Made by a program: the position numbers and the translations under genes. A stretch of DNA of 64,000 nt from NCBI GenBank assembly GCA_963931635.1, contig OZ007034.1, forward strand, positions 409,285 through 473,284, written 5' to 3'. Source of the DNA: an uncultured Bacteroides sp. (GTDB lineage: Bacteria; Bacteroidota; Bacteroidia; Bacteroidales; UBA11471). The notes below the pieces were generated by a model, which saw only the letters and a list, made by a program, of their open reading frames with translations, ran no database searches and was not told the DNA's origin. Positions 19,076 through 30,360 of this stretch are shown here, in pieces (positions within the stretch are counted from its first letter, which is position 1; each line of letters starts with the position of its first letter).

Positions 19076-19783
19076 ATGAATATCCGCACCATCACCGACA
19101 AAGAATTCGGAATCGTGTCGTTGCACGAACGCAGCACCGCACGCCATCTCATATTCAGAATAAAACAGGGACGACTCTCTGCAACCATTCCCCCACACAC
19201 CCGTACAACAACGGTAAAAGAGACCATCGAGAACCGACGTACCGACCTGCGCCGCCTCTTTGCCCGATGCCGCACCATCCTCCTGCAACCGGGTGATACC
19301 CTATACACCCGCACGTTTGTCATCGAACTCGTAAGCAGCGAAGAACCGACAATACACAGTCGCCTGCACGACAACATCTTGCACATTGCCCTATCGGCCA
19401 CAGCCGACCATAACGATCCCCACATACAAGAGGCCCTGGCCCGCGTCATACACCGATACCTGAAAAAAGCCGCCGAGGAATTTCTTCCACAACGTCTTGA
19501 ATATTGGGCCCATAAGACCGGGAACAGCTACAACGGCGTAACCATCGGAAGGGGCACACGACGACTCGGCTCGTGCCGGAGCGACCGGCACATAACCCTC
19601 TCCTACCACCTCATGTATCTGCCCGACCGGCTCATCGACTACGTTATCCTGCACGAACTCTCGCACCTCTCCGAGATGAACCACGGCGCCCGATTCCACG
19701 ATATATGCAACCGCTACTGCAACGGAAACGAACTGATATTGAGAAAAGAACTTCGTAATTTTCCATTCCCTACCGGTCGATGA
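19076..19783 (+). CDS. YgjP/DUF45-like zinc metallohydrolase (M48-like)
   Basis: HExxH zinc motif in ILHELSHLSEMNHGARFH near the C-terminus. The start was set to the ATG at 19076. A -7 box TACATTTG lies at 19064-19071. Confidence 0.7.
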   Translation: MNIRTITDKEFGIVSLHERSTARHLIFRIKQGRLSATIPPHTRTTTVKETIENRRTDLRRLFARCRTILLQPGDTLYTRTFVIELVSSEEPTIHSRLHDNILHIALSATADHNDPHIQEALARVIHRYLKKAAEEFLPQRLEYWAHKTGNSYNGVTIGRGTRRLGSCRSDRHITLSYHLMYLPDRLIDYVILHELSHLSEMNHGARFHDICNRYCNGNELILRKELRNFPFPTGR

Positions 19784-19881
19784 AAATGCAACTTTCGTTA
19801 AAAAACAATAAAAGTACATTTGCCAACCCCTATAAATAGATAAATAAGAAAAGGGTACTTGCGCACACCAAAGAAAAGAAC

Positions 19882-19889
19882 TATATTTG
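19882..19889 (+). promoter_or_regulatory. -7 promoter box TATATTTG upstream of rimP-nusA-infB
   Basis: Exact TAnnTTTG, 73 nt upstream of the rimP ATG. A second exact box, TACATTTG, lies at 19815-19822. Confidence 0.45.
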
Positions 19890-19911
19890 CCCTCGTAAAT
19901 GAGCCGAAAGA

Positions 19912-19939
19912 GAGGGGACAAGTTTGTCCCCTCGTTTTA
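19912..19939 (+). terminator. Hairpin followed by a U-rich tract in the rimP leader (terminator of the upstream gene or an attenuator)
   Basis: GAGGGGACA (19912-19920) pairs with TGTCCCCTC (19925-19933), then GTTTTAT. It lies between the -7 box and the rimP start. Confidence 0.5.
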
Positions 19940-19961
19940 TATCGGCCAATAACCCAGCAAC

Positions 19962-20429
19962 ATGATTGACCTCCAATCCGTAAAAGAAATCGTAAACGAG
20001 GGCATACAGGGCACCGACTTGTTTGTCGTAGACATCACCGTATCGCCCGACAACCGCATTGTCGTCGAAGTCGACAACGACGAAGGTGTAGACATAGACC
20101 GCTGCACCACCCTGCACCGCTATATCGAGAGCCGCCTCGACCGCGAAGTCGAAGACTACGAGCTCGAAGTGGGGTCGGCCGGCATCACCTCGCCGTTCAA
20201 GGTCGTCAGACAATACCAGAAAAACATTGGAAACGAAGTCGAGGTGCTCTCCCGCTCGGGACAGAAACTCACCGGCACGCTCAAAGCGGCCGACGAAGAG
20301 GCATTCACCCTTACCGTCACCAAAAAGGTAAAACCCGAAGGAGCCAAACGCAAAATCGAGGTTGAAGAAGACTTGACTTTCCCCTACAACGAAATAAAAT
20401 ATACAAAATACATAATCAGATTTAAATAA
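19962..20429 (+). CDS. rimP: Ribosome maturation factor RimP
   Basis: 155 aa in the conserved rimP-nusA-infB order. The rimP stop and the nusA start are separated by a single nucleotide. Confidence 0.85.
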   Translation: MIDLQSVKEIVNEGIQGTDLFVVDITVSPDNRIVVEVDNDEGVDIDRCTTLHRYIESRLDREVEDYELEVGSAGITSPFKVVRQYQKNIGNEVEVLSRSGQKLTGTLKAADEEAFTLTVTKKVKPEGAKRKIEVEEDLTFPYNEIKYTKYIIRFK

Positions 20430-20430
20430 A

Positions 20431-21702
20431 ATGGCCAAGAAAGAGGAAACAATCAGCATGGTCGACACCTTCTCCGAATTCAAGGAACTGAAAAACATCG
20501 ACCGCACCACCATGATCAGCGTGTTGGAAGAATCTTTCCGCAACGTATTAGCAAAGATGTTCGGCACCGATGAAAACTTCGACATCATCGTCAACCCCGA
20601 CAAGGGCGACTTTGAAATATGGCGCAACCGCGAAGTGGTTGAAGACGACAAAGTGGAAGACCCCAATCTGCAAATCTCCCTGTCGGAAGCCAAAAAAATC
20701 GATGCCGACTACGAAGTGGGCGAAGAGGTTACCGACGAAGTATTCTTCGAGAAGTTTGGCCGTCGCGCCATCTTGAACCTGAGACAGACCCTCGCCTCGA
20801 AAATTCTGGAGCTCCAGAAAGACGCCATCTACAACCAGTACAAAGACAAAATAGGCCAACTGATAAGCGCCGAAGTGTACCAGATATGGAAAAAGGAGAT
20901 GCTGCTCATCGACGATGAAGGCAACGAACTGATACTCCCCAAGACCGAACAGATACCCGGCGATTTCTACCGTAAGGGCGAGACGGCCCGTGCCGCCATC
21001 TTGCAGGTCGACAACAAGAACAACAACCCCAAAATCATCGTGTCGCGCACGTCGGAAGATTTCCTGCGCCGCCTCTTCGAACTCGAAGTACCCGAGATTC
21101 ACGACGGGCTCATCACCATACACAAAGTGGCCCGTATCCCCGGCGAGCGTGCCAAAATCGCCGTTGAGTCGTACGACGAACGCATCGACCCGGTAGGCGC
21201 CTGCGTAGGTGTGAAAGGTTCGCGCATACACGGCATCGTGCGCGAACTGCGTAACGAAAACATCGACGTCATCAACTACACGACCAACACGTCGCTCTTC
21301 ATACAACGGGCGCTGAACCCCGCCAAGATATCCTCGATACGCCTCAACGAAGAGGAGAAAAAGGCCGAGGTATTCCTCAAACCCGAAGAGGTATCTCTCG
21401 CCATCGGAAAAGGCGGTCTCAACATTAAGCTGGCCAGCATGCTCACCGGATACACCATCGATGTATACCGCGACATCGACGAGAGCGAAGAAGAAGACAT
21501 CTACCTCGATGAGTTCAAGGACGAAATCGACGAATGGGTAATCGAAGCCCTCAAAAGCATCGGCTGCGCCACCGCCAAGAGCGTATTGGCCAAGAGCCGC
21601 GAAGAACTCATCGAAGGTGCCGACCTCGAAGAAAATACCGTCGATGACGTTATCCGGATTCTGAAAGCAGAATTTGAAGACTCCGACGAAGAAGCACAGT
21701 AA
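20431..21702 (+). CDS. nusA: Transcription termination/antitermination factor NusA
   Basis: 423 aa with S1 and tandem KH domains (DPVGACVGVKGSRI; LAIGKGGLNIKLAS). Confidence 0.95.
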   Translation: MAKKEETISMVDTFSEFKELKNIDRTTMISVLEESFRNVLAKMFGTDENFDIIVNPDKGDFEIWRNREVVEDDKVEDPNLQISLSEAKKIDADYEVGEEVTDEVFFEKFGRRAILNLRQTLASKILELQKDAIYNQYKDKIGQLISAEVYQIWKKEMLLIDDEGNELILPKTEQIPGDFYRKGETARAAILQVDNKNNNPKIIVSRTSEDFLRRLFELEVPEIHDGLITIHKVARIPGERAKIAVESYDERIDPVGACVGVKGSRIHGIVRELRNENIDVINYTTNTSLFIQRALNPAKISSIRLNEEEKKAEVFLKPEEVSLAIGKGGLNIKLASMLTGYTIDVYRDIDESEEEDIYLDEFKDEIDEWVIEALKSIGCATAKSVLAKSREELIEGADLEENTVDDVIRILKAEFEDSDEEAQ

Positions 21703-21808
21703 AACGCCGTCGGGACAAGCGGCCCAAACGAGCCGACCTTCACGCTCTCGCAGCCACAAGAGGAAAAGAAAAGTGGCCAACAAGATTCATCAACGTTAAA
21801 ATGTAACT

Positions 21809-24706
21809 ATGTCGATAAGGTTAAATAAAGTAACAAGAGATTTAAACGTAGGTATACAGACGGTAGCCGCGTTCCTTCGCAAAAAAGGTTTCGAGATAGA
21901 ATTGTCCCCGAACGCCAAAATCACCGACGAGCAGTACCAGATGCTCGTCAAAGAGTTCAGTTCCGACAAAAATCTGAAAATCGAGTCGGAACGTATCAGC
22001 CAGGAACGGCAGAAAGAGAAAAAGGCCGCCCAGGAAGAGACCGGCAACGAGTCTCAGGAAATAAAGACATTTATCGACGAATCTTTGAAACCACACATCA
22101 AAGCGGTAGGAAAAATCGACTTGGACAATCTGAATAAAAAAGTCGAAGAGCCCAAGAAAGCAGAGTCCGAAGAAGAGCCGGGACCCATCGAAGAGCCGGC
22201 AATCGACGAGACAGTGCCGCCAACCGCCGAACCTGAATCGGACAACGAAATAGAAAACGACAGCAACGACGACACCGACTTTGAAGAAGAGGCTCCCGAA
22301 GAGAGCAAAGAAAGTCGTACCGCCGAAGAAGATGACAAAGATGAGGTTGTAGACATGCCGAATGACGACGAGGAAAATACCCCTCAGGAAGAAAAAACCG
22401 CCGAAGAGGCTCCCGTCGCCCAAGAAGAGCACGCCGAAAACACCCCGGAAAAAGACAACGGCATATTCAAACTCAACACGGTAAAAACTCCCGGCATCAA
22501 CGTGGTGGGGAAAATAGACCTGTCGGCCATCAACCAGCAGACCCGTCCCAAGAAAAAAAGCAAAGAAGAAAAGCGCAAAGAGCGGGAAGCCAAGGAAAAA
22601 CAGCGCGTCGACAACAAACGGCCCGCACCGGCAACAGCCCCCGAAACCACAGAAAACGATGGCGAGCGCAAAAAACGCAAACGCATCAAGAAAGAGCGCA
22701 TCGACATCGAACACAACATCGACAACTCTTACAGCAGCGATCGCCACAACAACGGCAACAACAAACCGCAACCGTCGAAGCTGAAAAAGCCCGTTAAGGC
22801 TGAAGTCAACGAAGAAGATGTGCAGAAGCAAATCAAGGAAACGTTGGCCCGACTCACCGCCAAAGGACAAAAGAAAAGTGCCAAGTGGCGGAAAGAGAAA
22901 CGAGAAGCCTTCTCGACCAAGGCACAAGAAGCAGCCGAGCGCGAAATGGAAGAGAGCCGCATCTTGAAACTCACCGAGTTTGTTACCGCCAACGACCTAG
23001 CCAGTCTCATGGACGTACCCGTAAACAAGGTCATCGCCACCTGCATGAGCCTGGGTATCATGGTATCTATCAACCAGCGTCTCGACGCCGAGACCATCAA
23101 CATCGTGGCCGAAGAATTCGGCTTCCAGACCGAATATGTAAGTGCCGAAGTAGCCGAATCGATGGATGAAGAAGAAGACAGCGAAGAGAACCTCACCCAA
23201 CGTCCGCCTATCGTAACCGTCATGGGACACGTCGACCACGGTAAAACATCGCTGCTCGACTACATACGCAATGCCAACGTCATCGCCGGCGAGGCAGGCG
23301 GCATCACACAGCACATCGGTGCCTACAACGTCGTACTCGACGATGGTCGCCGCATCACCTTCCTCGACACCCCCGGTCACGAAGCCTTCACCGCCATGCG
23401 TGCCCGAGGCGCCAAGGTTACCGACATCGCCATCATCATCGTGGCTGCCGACGACAACGTCATGCCCCAAACGGTCGAAGCCATCAACCACGCTTCGGCA
23501 GCCGGAGTGCCCATCGTCTTCGCCATCAACAAAATCGATAAGCCCAACGCCAACCCCGACAAGATAAAAGAGGAGCTGGCCAACATGAACTACCTGGTTG
23601 AGGAGTGGGGCGGCAAATACCAGTCGCAAGACATCTCGGCCAAGAAGGGAACCGGCGTAAAAGAGTTGATGGAAAAAGTACTGCTCGAAGCCGAAATGCT
23701 CGACCTCAAAGCCAATCCCAACCGTCGTGCCACGGGCTCCATCATCGAGTCGGCCCTCGACAAAGGTCGCGGCTACGTGGCCACGGTACTGGTCGAGAAT
23801 GGTACCCTGCACACCGGCGACGTAGTATTGGCCGGAACACATTTCGGTCGTGTAAAAGCCATGTTCAACGAACGTAACGCCCGCATCAAGGAGGCAGGTC
23901 CCTCGGCCCCCGTGCTCATACTCGGACTCAACGGCGCCCCCACTGCCGGCGATCAGTTCAAAGTACTGAGCAGCGAACAAGAGGCTCGTGAAATTGCCAA
24001 CAAACGCGAGCAGTTGCAACGTGAACAAGGCCTGCGTACCCATAAACTGCTCACCCTCGACGATATAGGCCGCCGCATCGCCATCGGCAACTTCCAGGAG
24101 CTGAACATCATCGTCAAAGGCGACGTCGACGGTTCCATCGAGGCATTGAGCGACTCACTCATCAAACTCTCTACCGACGAGATACAGGTAAACGTGCTGC
24201 ACAAAGCCGTGGGTCAAATCTCGGAATCGGACATCACGCTGGCCGCTGCCTCCAACGCCATCATCGTAGGTTTCCAGGTGCGCCCCTCCATTGCTGCCCG
24301 CAAACTGGCCGAGAAAGAGGGTGTCGACATACGTCTCTACTCGATTATCTACGACGCCATCGAAGAGGTAAAAGCCGCCATGGAAGGTATGCTCTCGCCC
24401 GAAATCAAGGAAGAGGTTACCGCCACGGTCGAAGTGCGCGAGACGTTCCACATATCCAAAGTCGGCACCGTGGCCGGTGGTATCGTGAAAGAGGGCAAAA
24501 TCAAACGCACCAACAAAGTGCGCCTCATACGCGACGGTATCGTTATCTACACCGGAGAGCTCGGCTCTCTCAAACGCTTCAAGGACGACGTGAAAGAGGT
24601 AGCCACCGGCTACGAATGCGGCCTCAACCTGGCCAACTACAACGACATCAAGGTAGGCGACCTTATCGAAGCCTACGAAGAGGTCGAAGTAAAGAAAACT
24701 CTCTGA
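21809..24706 (+). CDS. infB: Translation initiation factor IF-2
   Basis: 965 aa. GTPase motifs [20 protein letters not shown] and NKID. The long charged, low-complexity N-terminal region is typical of IF-2. Confidence 0.95.
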   Translation: MSIRLNKVTRDLNVGIQTVAAFLRKKGFEIELSPNAKITDEQYQMLVKEFSSDKNLKIESERISQERQKEKKAAQEETGNESQEIKTFIDESLKPHIKAVGKIDLDNLNKKVEEPKKAESEEEPGPIEEPAIDETVPPTAEPESDNEIENDSNDDTDFEEEAPEESKESRTAEEDDKDEVVDMPNDDEENTPQEEKTAEEAPVAQEEHAENTPEKDNGIFKLNTVKTPGINVVGKIDLSAINQQTRPKKKSKEEKRKEREAKEKQRVDNKRPAPATAPETTENDGERKKRKRIKKERIDIEHNIDNSYSSDRHNNGNNKPQPSKLKKPVKAEVNEEDVQKQIKETLARLTAKGQKKSAKWRKEKREAFSTKAQEAAEREMEESRILKLTEFVTANDLASLMDVPVNKVIATCMSLGIMVSINQRLDAETINIVAEEFGFQTEYVSAEVAESMDEEEDSEENLTQRPPIVTVMGHVDHGKTSLLDYIRNANVIAGEAGGITQHIGAYNVVLDDGRRITFLDTPGHEAFTAMRARGAKVTDIAIIIVAADDNVMPQTVEAINHASAAGVPIVFAINKIDKPNANPDKIKEELANMNYLVEEWGGKYQSQDISAKKGTGVKELMEKVLLEAEMLDLKANPNRRATGSIIESALDKGRGYVATVLVENGTLHTGDVVLAGTHFGRVKAMFNERNARIKEAGPSAPVLILGLNGAPTAGDQFKVLSSEQEAREIANKREQLQREQGLRTHKLLTLDDIGRRIAIGNFQELNIIVKGDVDGSIEALSDSLIKLSTDEIQVNVLHKAVGQISESDITLAAASNAIIVGFQVRPSIAARKLAEKEGVDIRLYSIIYDAIEEVKAAMEGMLSPEIKEEVTATVEVRETFHISKVGTVAGGIVKEGKIKRTNKVRLIRDGIVIYTGELGSLKRFKDDVKEVATGYECGLNLANYNDIKVGDLIEAYEEVEVKKTL

Positions 24707-24773
24707 CATAGCGATAAGGCGGACCTTTGCAACAACGCAAAGGCCGTCTTATCTCCTATCTGACAGGACGACG

Positions 24774-25331
24774 ATGAATATACAAATCATAGACATTATC
24801 GTTGGTGCTCTACTTGCCTACGGCCTGGTACACGGCTACTACAAAGGCATTGTCCAGCAACTGGGTGCGCTGGGAGGACTGATTGTCGCCATACTGTTTG
24901 CCAACCTTTTTGCCCCGCTGTTTGAGAACCTGCTCAACCGATTCGACGTAGCCGGGCCACGCATTACCCACCAGTTGGCCTACCTCATCTCTTTCCTCGT
25001 ACTTCTCTTCGGATGCAACTTTCTGGCCCGACTGCTCAAAAAGACGCTGCACATCTTGCACCTGGGATGGTTCGACCGCATCGCCGGCAGCCTTTTCTGC
25101 TGTTTCAAGTACCTGCTCATCACCAGCGTCCTGCTCAACCTCTACACCCTGCTGGGAGGCAAAGACAACATCGTGCCCCCCGTACCGCAGGAGGCTCGTC
25201 TGTGCCAGGTGGTCATGCAGGTGGCACCATTCGTCATCGACTGGTCAAACGAGAGAGTAACCCTACCCGACGACATACACATCTCCCTGCCGGAAATAAA
25301 CAAAGAAGATATTCCGGCGTTTTTACAATAA
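24774..25331 (+). CDS. cvpA: CvpA-family membrane protein
   Basis: 185 aa with four predicted TM helices. The N-terminus IIDIIVGALLAYGLVHGYYKG is typical of the CvpA family. Confidence 0.7.
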   Translation: MNIQIIDIIVGALLAYGLVHGYYKGIVQQLGALGGLIVAILFANLFAPLFENLLNRFDVAGPRITHQLAYLISFLVLLFGCNFLARLLKKTLHILHLGWFDRIAGSLFCCFKYLLITSVLLNLYTLLGGKDNIVPPVPQEARLCQVVMQVAPFVIDWSNERVTLPDDIHISLPEINKEDIPAFLQ

Positions 25332-25376
25332 ACCGGGGGCGGCCCTACTTCACCCCCGACAGTGTCAGGACCGACA

Positions 25377-26876
25377 ATGAAAAAAGAAAGTCTCAACCAT
25401 CAGCATAACGACAATCCGGCGTCTCAGACGCAACGGGAGTCGGAAAAAATCATCGACGAGGTAACCTCGTCGGACTACAAGTACGGCTTTGTTACCGACA
25501 TCGATACCGAGGTCATACCCCGCGGCCTGAACGAAGAGGTCGTGCGGCTCATCTCGGCCAAGAAGCACGAGCCCGAATGGCTGCTCGACTTCCGGCTCAA
25601 AGCCTTTGCCTACTGGAAAACCCTCGAAATGCCCCACTGGGCACATCTCGACATTCCCGACATCGACTTCCAGGCCATCAGCTACTACGCCGCGCCCAAG
25701 ACCAAAAATGCGCCCAAAAGCCTCGATGAGGTCGACCCCGAACTGCTCGACACCTTCAACAAACTCGGCATCTCGCTCGAAGAGCAGATGAAGCTATCGG
25801 GCATCGCCGTCGACGCCGTCATGGACAGCGTATCGGTGAAAACCACCTTCAAGGAGAAGCTGGCCGAACTGGGCATCATCTTCTGCTCCATCAGCGAGGC
25901 GGTGAAAGACTACCCCGACCTTGTGCGCCAATACCTGGGCTCGGTAGTTCCTTACCGCGACAACTTCTTCGCCGCCCTCAACTCGGCGGTATTCAGCGAC
26001 GGGTCGTTTGTGTACATACCCAAAGGGGTGCGCTGCCCCATGGAGCTGTCGACCTATTTCCGCATCAATGCGGCCAACACGGGACAGTTTGAGCGCACCC
26101 TCATCATCGCCGACGACGACAGCTATGTAAGCTACCTCGAAGGTTGCACGGCGCCCATGCGCGACGAGAACCAGCTGCACGCCGCCATCGTGGAAATCAG
26201 AGCCCACGAACGGGCCGAGGTCAAATATTCGACCGTGCAAAACTGGTATCCCGGCGACAAGGAGGGCCGCGGCGGTATCTACAACTTCGTCACCAAACGG
26301 GGACTCTGCAAGGGTGACCACTCCAAAATCTCATGGACACAAGTCGAGACCGGCTCGGCCATCACCTGGAAATACCCCAGCTGCATACTGGCCGGCGACA
26401 ACTCGGTGGGTGAATTCTACTCCGTGGCCGTTACCAACAACTATCAGCAAGCCGACACCGGCACCAAGATGATACACATCGGCAAGAATACCCGCAGTAC
26501 CATCGTATCGAAAGGTATCTCGGCCGGCCAGAGCCAGAACAGCTACCGCGGACTGGTGCGCGTGGCTCCGGGCGCCGACAACGCCCGCAACTACACCCAG
26601 TGCGACAGTCTGCTGCTGAGCGACCGGTGCGGAGCCCACACCTTCCCCTACATGGACATCAAGAACGACACGGCCGTGGTGGAACACGAAGCGACAACCT
26701 CGAAAATCAACGAAGAACAGATTTTCTACTGCAACCAGCGGGGTATTCCCACCGAAGAGGCAGTAGGCCTCATCGTCAACGGATATGCCAAGGAGGTGAT
26801 GAGCAAGCTCCCGATGGAATTTGCCGTCGAGGCACAGAAACTACTGCAAATCACCCTCGAAGGTTCGGTCGGATAA
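25377..26876 (+). CDS. sufB: Fe-S cluster assembly protein SufB
   Basis: About 499 aa and first gene of the sufBCDS order. It has the conserved SufB core (e.g. AAIVEI...[27 protein letters not shown]). The start was set to the ATG at 25377 because the ORF track start is a GTG. Confidence 0.9.
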   Translation: MKKESLNHQHNDNPASQTQRESEKIIDEVTSSDYKYGFVTDIDTEVIPRGLNEEVVRLISAKKHEPEWLLDFRLKAFAYWKTLEMPHWAHLDIPDIDFQAISYYAAPKTKNAPKSLDEVDPELLDTFNKLGISLEEQMKLSGIAVDAVMDSVSVKTTFKEKLAELGIIFCSISEAVKDYPDLVRQYLGSVVPYRDNFFAALNSAVFSDGSFVYIPKGVRCPMELSTYFRINAANTGQFERTLIIADDDSYVSYLEGCTAPMRDENQLHAAIVEIRAHERAEVKYSTVQNWYPGDKEGRGGIYNFVTKRGLCKGDHSKISWTQVETGSAITWKYPSCILAGDNSVGEFYSVAVTNNYQQADTGTKMIHIGKNTRSTIVSKGISAGQSQNSYRGLVRVAPGADNARNYTQCDSLLLSDRCGAHTFPYMDIKNDTAVVEHEATTSKINEEQIFYCNQRGIPTEEAVGLIVNGYAKEVMSKLPMEFAVEAQKLLQITLEGSVG

Positions 26877-26932
26877 CCCGAGACAGAAGCAAAAGAAACC
26901 TCTTCACAACGAATTAAAATCCATACAGAAAT

Positions 26933-27685
<753 letters not shown>

Positions 27686-27700
27686 ATTTGTCCTACCACT

Positions 27701-29041
27701 ATGAAGAATGCAGCACAACAATATATCGACCTCTTCCACCAAAACCGGGCCCTCATCGACAGCCATTCGGCTCCGGTGCTGAACAGCCGGCGCGAAGAGG
27801 CCATGCGCGACTTTGAACATCTGGGACTCCCCGGAAAATCGCAGGAAGCCTTTCTGCACACCGATGTCGAGGCCTTCTACGCCCCCGATTACGGTCTGAA
27901 CCTGGCCCGGATAACCCCGAAAGTCGATTTCAAGGAGACTTTCCGCTGCGCCGTTCCCGACCTCGAAAGCCGGCCCTACTTCTTCGCCGGAGATATCTTC
28001 CTGGGAGGTGGCGACCCGGCACTGCCCCAAGGTGTAGTGGCTTGCAGCCTGCGCGAGGCCGCCACGAACTATCCCGCACTGGTAGAGCGCTACTACGGCC
28101 GGCTCGCCCGCACCGACAAAGACGGGACGGTTGCTCTCAACACGGCACTCGTACAAGAAGGTTTCTTCCTCTATGTTCCGCGCAACGTACAAATCGAGGC
28201 ACCGCTGCAACTGGTACATCTCCTGCACGGTGCCCACGACTTCATGGCCAACCGGCGTCTGCTCATCATACTCGAAGAGGGGGCACAGGTGCGACTGCTC
28301 TCCTGCGACCACACCCTCGACAAGGGTAACTTCCTGACCTCGACGGTGAACGAAATCTTTGTCGGCCCTCGTGCCACGTTCGACTACTACGACCTCGAAG
28401 AGTCGACACTCAACACCCACCGGGTAGCGTCGACATTCATACGGCAGGAGTCCGACTCCAACGTCCTGGTCAACGGCATCACCCTGCATAACGGGTATAC
28501 CCGCAACAACTACTACATCGCCCTCGACGGCGAAGGGGCCGAGACCCACCTCTACGGCATGGCCGTGGCCGACAAGCGGCAGGCGGTCGACAACTTCACC
28601 TTCATCGACCACAAGGCGGCCCGCTGCACCAGCGACGAACTCTTCAAGTATGTACTCGAAGACTCGGCCACAGGTGTCTTCAACGGCCGTATTCTCGTGC
28701 GCCAAGGAGCTCAGAAGACCTCGGCCATACAGACCAACCGCAACCTCTGCACCACCAAGGAGGCACACATCTATACCCAACCCCAACTCGAAATCTACGC
28801 CGACGACGTGAAGTGCAGCCACGGTGCCACAACGGGCCAGCTCGACGGGAACGCCCTCTTCTACATGCGTTCGCGCGGCATACCCGAAGCCGAGGCCCGC
28901 ATGCTGCTCATGGTGGCCTTCACCCACGACGTCATAGAGAAAGTTCGCATCGAACAGTTGAAAGAGCGGCTGCACAAGATGGTCGAGCGCCGTTTCAGAG
29001 GCACCCTCGACAAGTGTGCCGGCTGCCGCATCTGTCAGTAA
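27701..29041 (+). CDS. sufD: Fe-S cluster assembly protein SufD
   Basis: 446 aa between sufC and sufS. It has a SufB/SufD-family C-terminal beta-helix region. Confidence 0.85.
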   Translation: MKNAAQQYIDLFHQNRALIDSHSAPVLNSRREEAMRDFEHLGLPGKSQEAFLHTDVEAFYAPDYGLNLARITPKVDFKETFRCAVPDLESRPYFFAGDIFLGGGDPALPQGVVACSLREAATNYPALVERYYGRLARTDKDGTVALNTALVQEGFFLYVPRNVQIEAPLQLVHLLHGAHDFMANRRLLIILEEGAQVRLLSCDHTLDKGNFLTSTVNEIFVGPRATFDYYDLEESTLNTHRVASTFIRQESDSNVLVNGITLHNGYTRNNYYIALDGEGAETHLYGMAVADKRQAVDNFTFIDHKAARCTSDELFKYVLEDSATGVFNGRILVRQGAQKTSAIQTNRNLCTTKEAHIYTQPQLEIYADDVKCSHGATTGQLDGNALFYMRSRGIPEAEARMLLMVAFTHDVIEKVRIEQLKERLHKMVERRFRGTLDKCAGCRICQ

Positions 29042-29058
29042 TCGAAAGGAGGAATGCC

Positions 29059-30276
29059 ATGCTCGACATCGAAAAGATACGACAAGATTTTCCCATTCTC
29101 ACCCGCGAGGTATATGGCAAGCCGCTGGTCTATCTCGACAACGCCGCCACCTCGCAGAAACCGCGTTGTGTCATCGACACCATCACCGACGGTTACACCC
29201 GCATCAATGCCAACGTTCACCGCGGCGTTCACCGCCTGAGCCAAGAGGCTACCGACGGACACGAACACGCCCGCCGACGCGTACAGCAGTTTCTCAACGC
29301 GGCCAGCGATCGGGAAATCATCTTCACTCGGGGCACGACCGAGTCGATAAATCTGGTGGCTCACTCCTTCGGACAGGCTTTTCTGCACGACGGCGACGAG
29401 GTTATCATATCAGAGATGGAACACCACGCCAACATCGTGCCGTGGCAACTTCTCCAAGCAACGCGCCGCATACGGCTGAGGGTCATACCTATCGACGACC
29501 GCGGCGTACTCGACATGGAGGCTTTCGCAGCGGCATTCAACGAAAAGACCCGACTGGTCTCCATCACCCACGTTTCGAATGTACTGGGCACGGTCAACCC
29601 CATCAAGGAGATTATCGACCTGGCCCACCGGCACGAGGTACCGGTACTCATCGACGGAGCGCAGGGTGCCCTGCACCACCGGGTCGACGTGCAGGCTCTC
29701 GATGTCGACTTCTATGTATTCTCGGCCCACAAAATGTACGGGCCTACCGGCATTGGTGTTCTCTTCGGCAAAGAGAAGTGGCTCAACGCCATACCTCCCT
29801 ACCAGGGCGGCGGCGAGATGATAGGTCATGTAACCTTTGAAAAGACCACCTTCAATGAGCTGCCGTTCAAGTTCGAGGCCGGGACCCCCGACTACATCGG
29901 GACGATGGCCTTTGCCAGCGCCCTCGACTACATCGACCGCATCGGCATAGAAAACATTGCCGCCCACGAACAGGAGCTGTTGCAATACACCACCCGCCGG
30001 CTCCTGGAAGAGGTTGACGGCATACGCATCTACGGCACAGCCCCCCAGAAGTGTGGCGTCATCTCGTTTCTTGTGCGCGACATTCACCCCTACGACATGG
30101 GCATGCTGCTCGACAAGCTGGGGTTTGCCCTGCGGTCGGGCCACCATTGCGCCCAACCGCTCATGGAACGGTTCGGCATCGTAGGAACGCTGCGCGCCTC
30201 GTTTGCCCTGTACAACACGCAAGAAGAGTGCGAGGCTTTTGTCCAGGCCGTAAAACGAGTGGCCTCCATGTTCTGA
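29059..30276 (+). CDS. sufS: Cysteine desulfurase SufS (class V aminotransferase)
   Basis: YLDNAATSQKP, the PLP-lysine region SAHKMYGPTGIG and the active-site RSGHHCAQP. The start was set to the ATG at 29059. Confidence 0.9.
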   Translation: MLDIEKIRQDFPILTREVYGKPLVYLDNAATSQKPRCVIDTITDGYTRINANVHRGVHRLSQEATDGHEHARRRVQQFLNAASDREIIFTRGTTESINLVAHSFGQAFLHDGDEVIISEMEHHANIVPWQLLQATRRIRLRVIPIDDRGVLDMEAFAAAFNEKTRLVSITHVSNVLGTVNPIKEIIDLAHRHEVPVLIDGAQGALHHRVDVQALDVDFYVFSAHKMYGPTGIGVLFGKEKWLNAIPPYQGGGEMIGHVTFEKTTFNELPFKFEAGTPDYIGTMAFASALDYIDRIGIENIAAHEQELLQYTTRRLLEEVDGIRIYGTAPQKCGVISFLVRDIHPYDMGMLLDKLGFALRSGHHCAQPLMERFGIVGTLRASFALYNTQEECEAFVQAVKRVASMF

Positions 30277-30313
30277 CCGACCCTGCCCCGACCACTTATA
30301 CAACAGGATAATC

Positions 30314-30354
30314 ATCAGGCCGTCTCAAAATCGGTTTGAGACGGCCTGATTTTT
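30314..30354 (+). terminator. Strong intrinsic terminator after sufS
   Basis: Perfect 16-bp stem, ATCAGGCCGTCTCAAA (30314-30329) pairing with TTTGAGACGGCCTGAT (30335-30350), followed by TTTT. Confidence 0.85.
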
Positions 30355-30360
30355 GTCTTC

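Noticed and set aside
20548-22927. Long minus-strand ORFs (411 aa and 361 aa) opposite nusA and infB
   Set aside because: These are shadow ORFs antisense to unmistakable NusA/IF-2 coding sequence, with F/V/G-rich nonsense composition.
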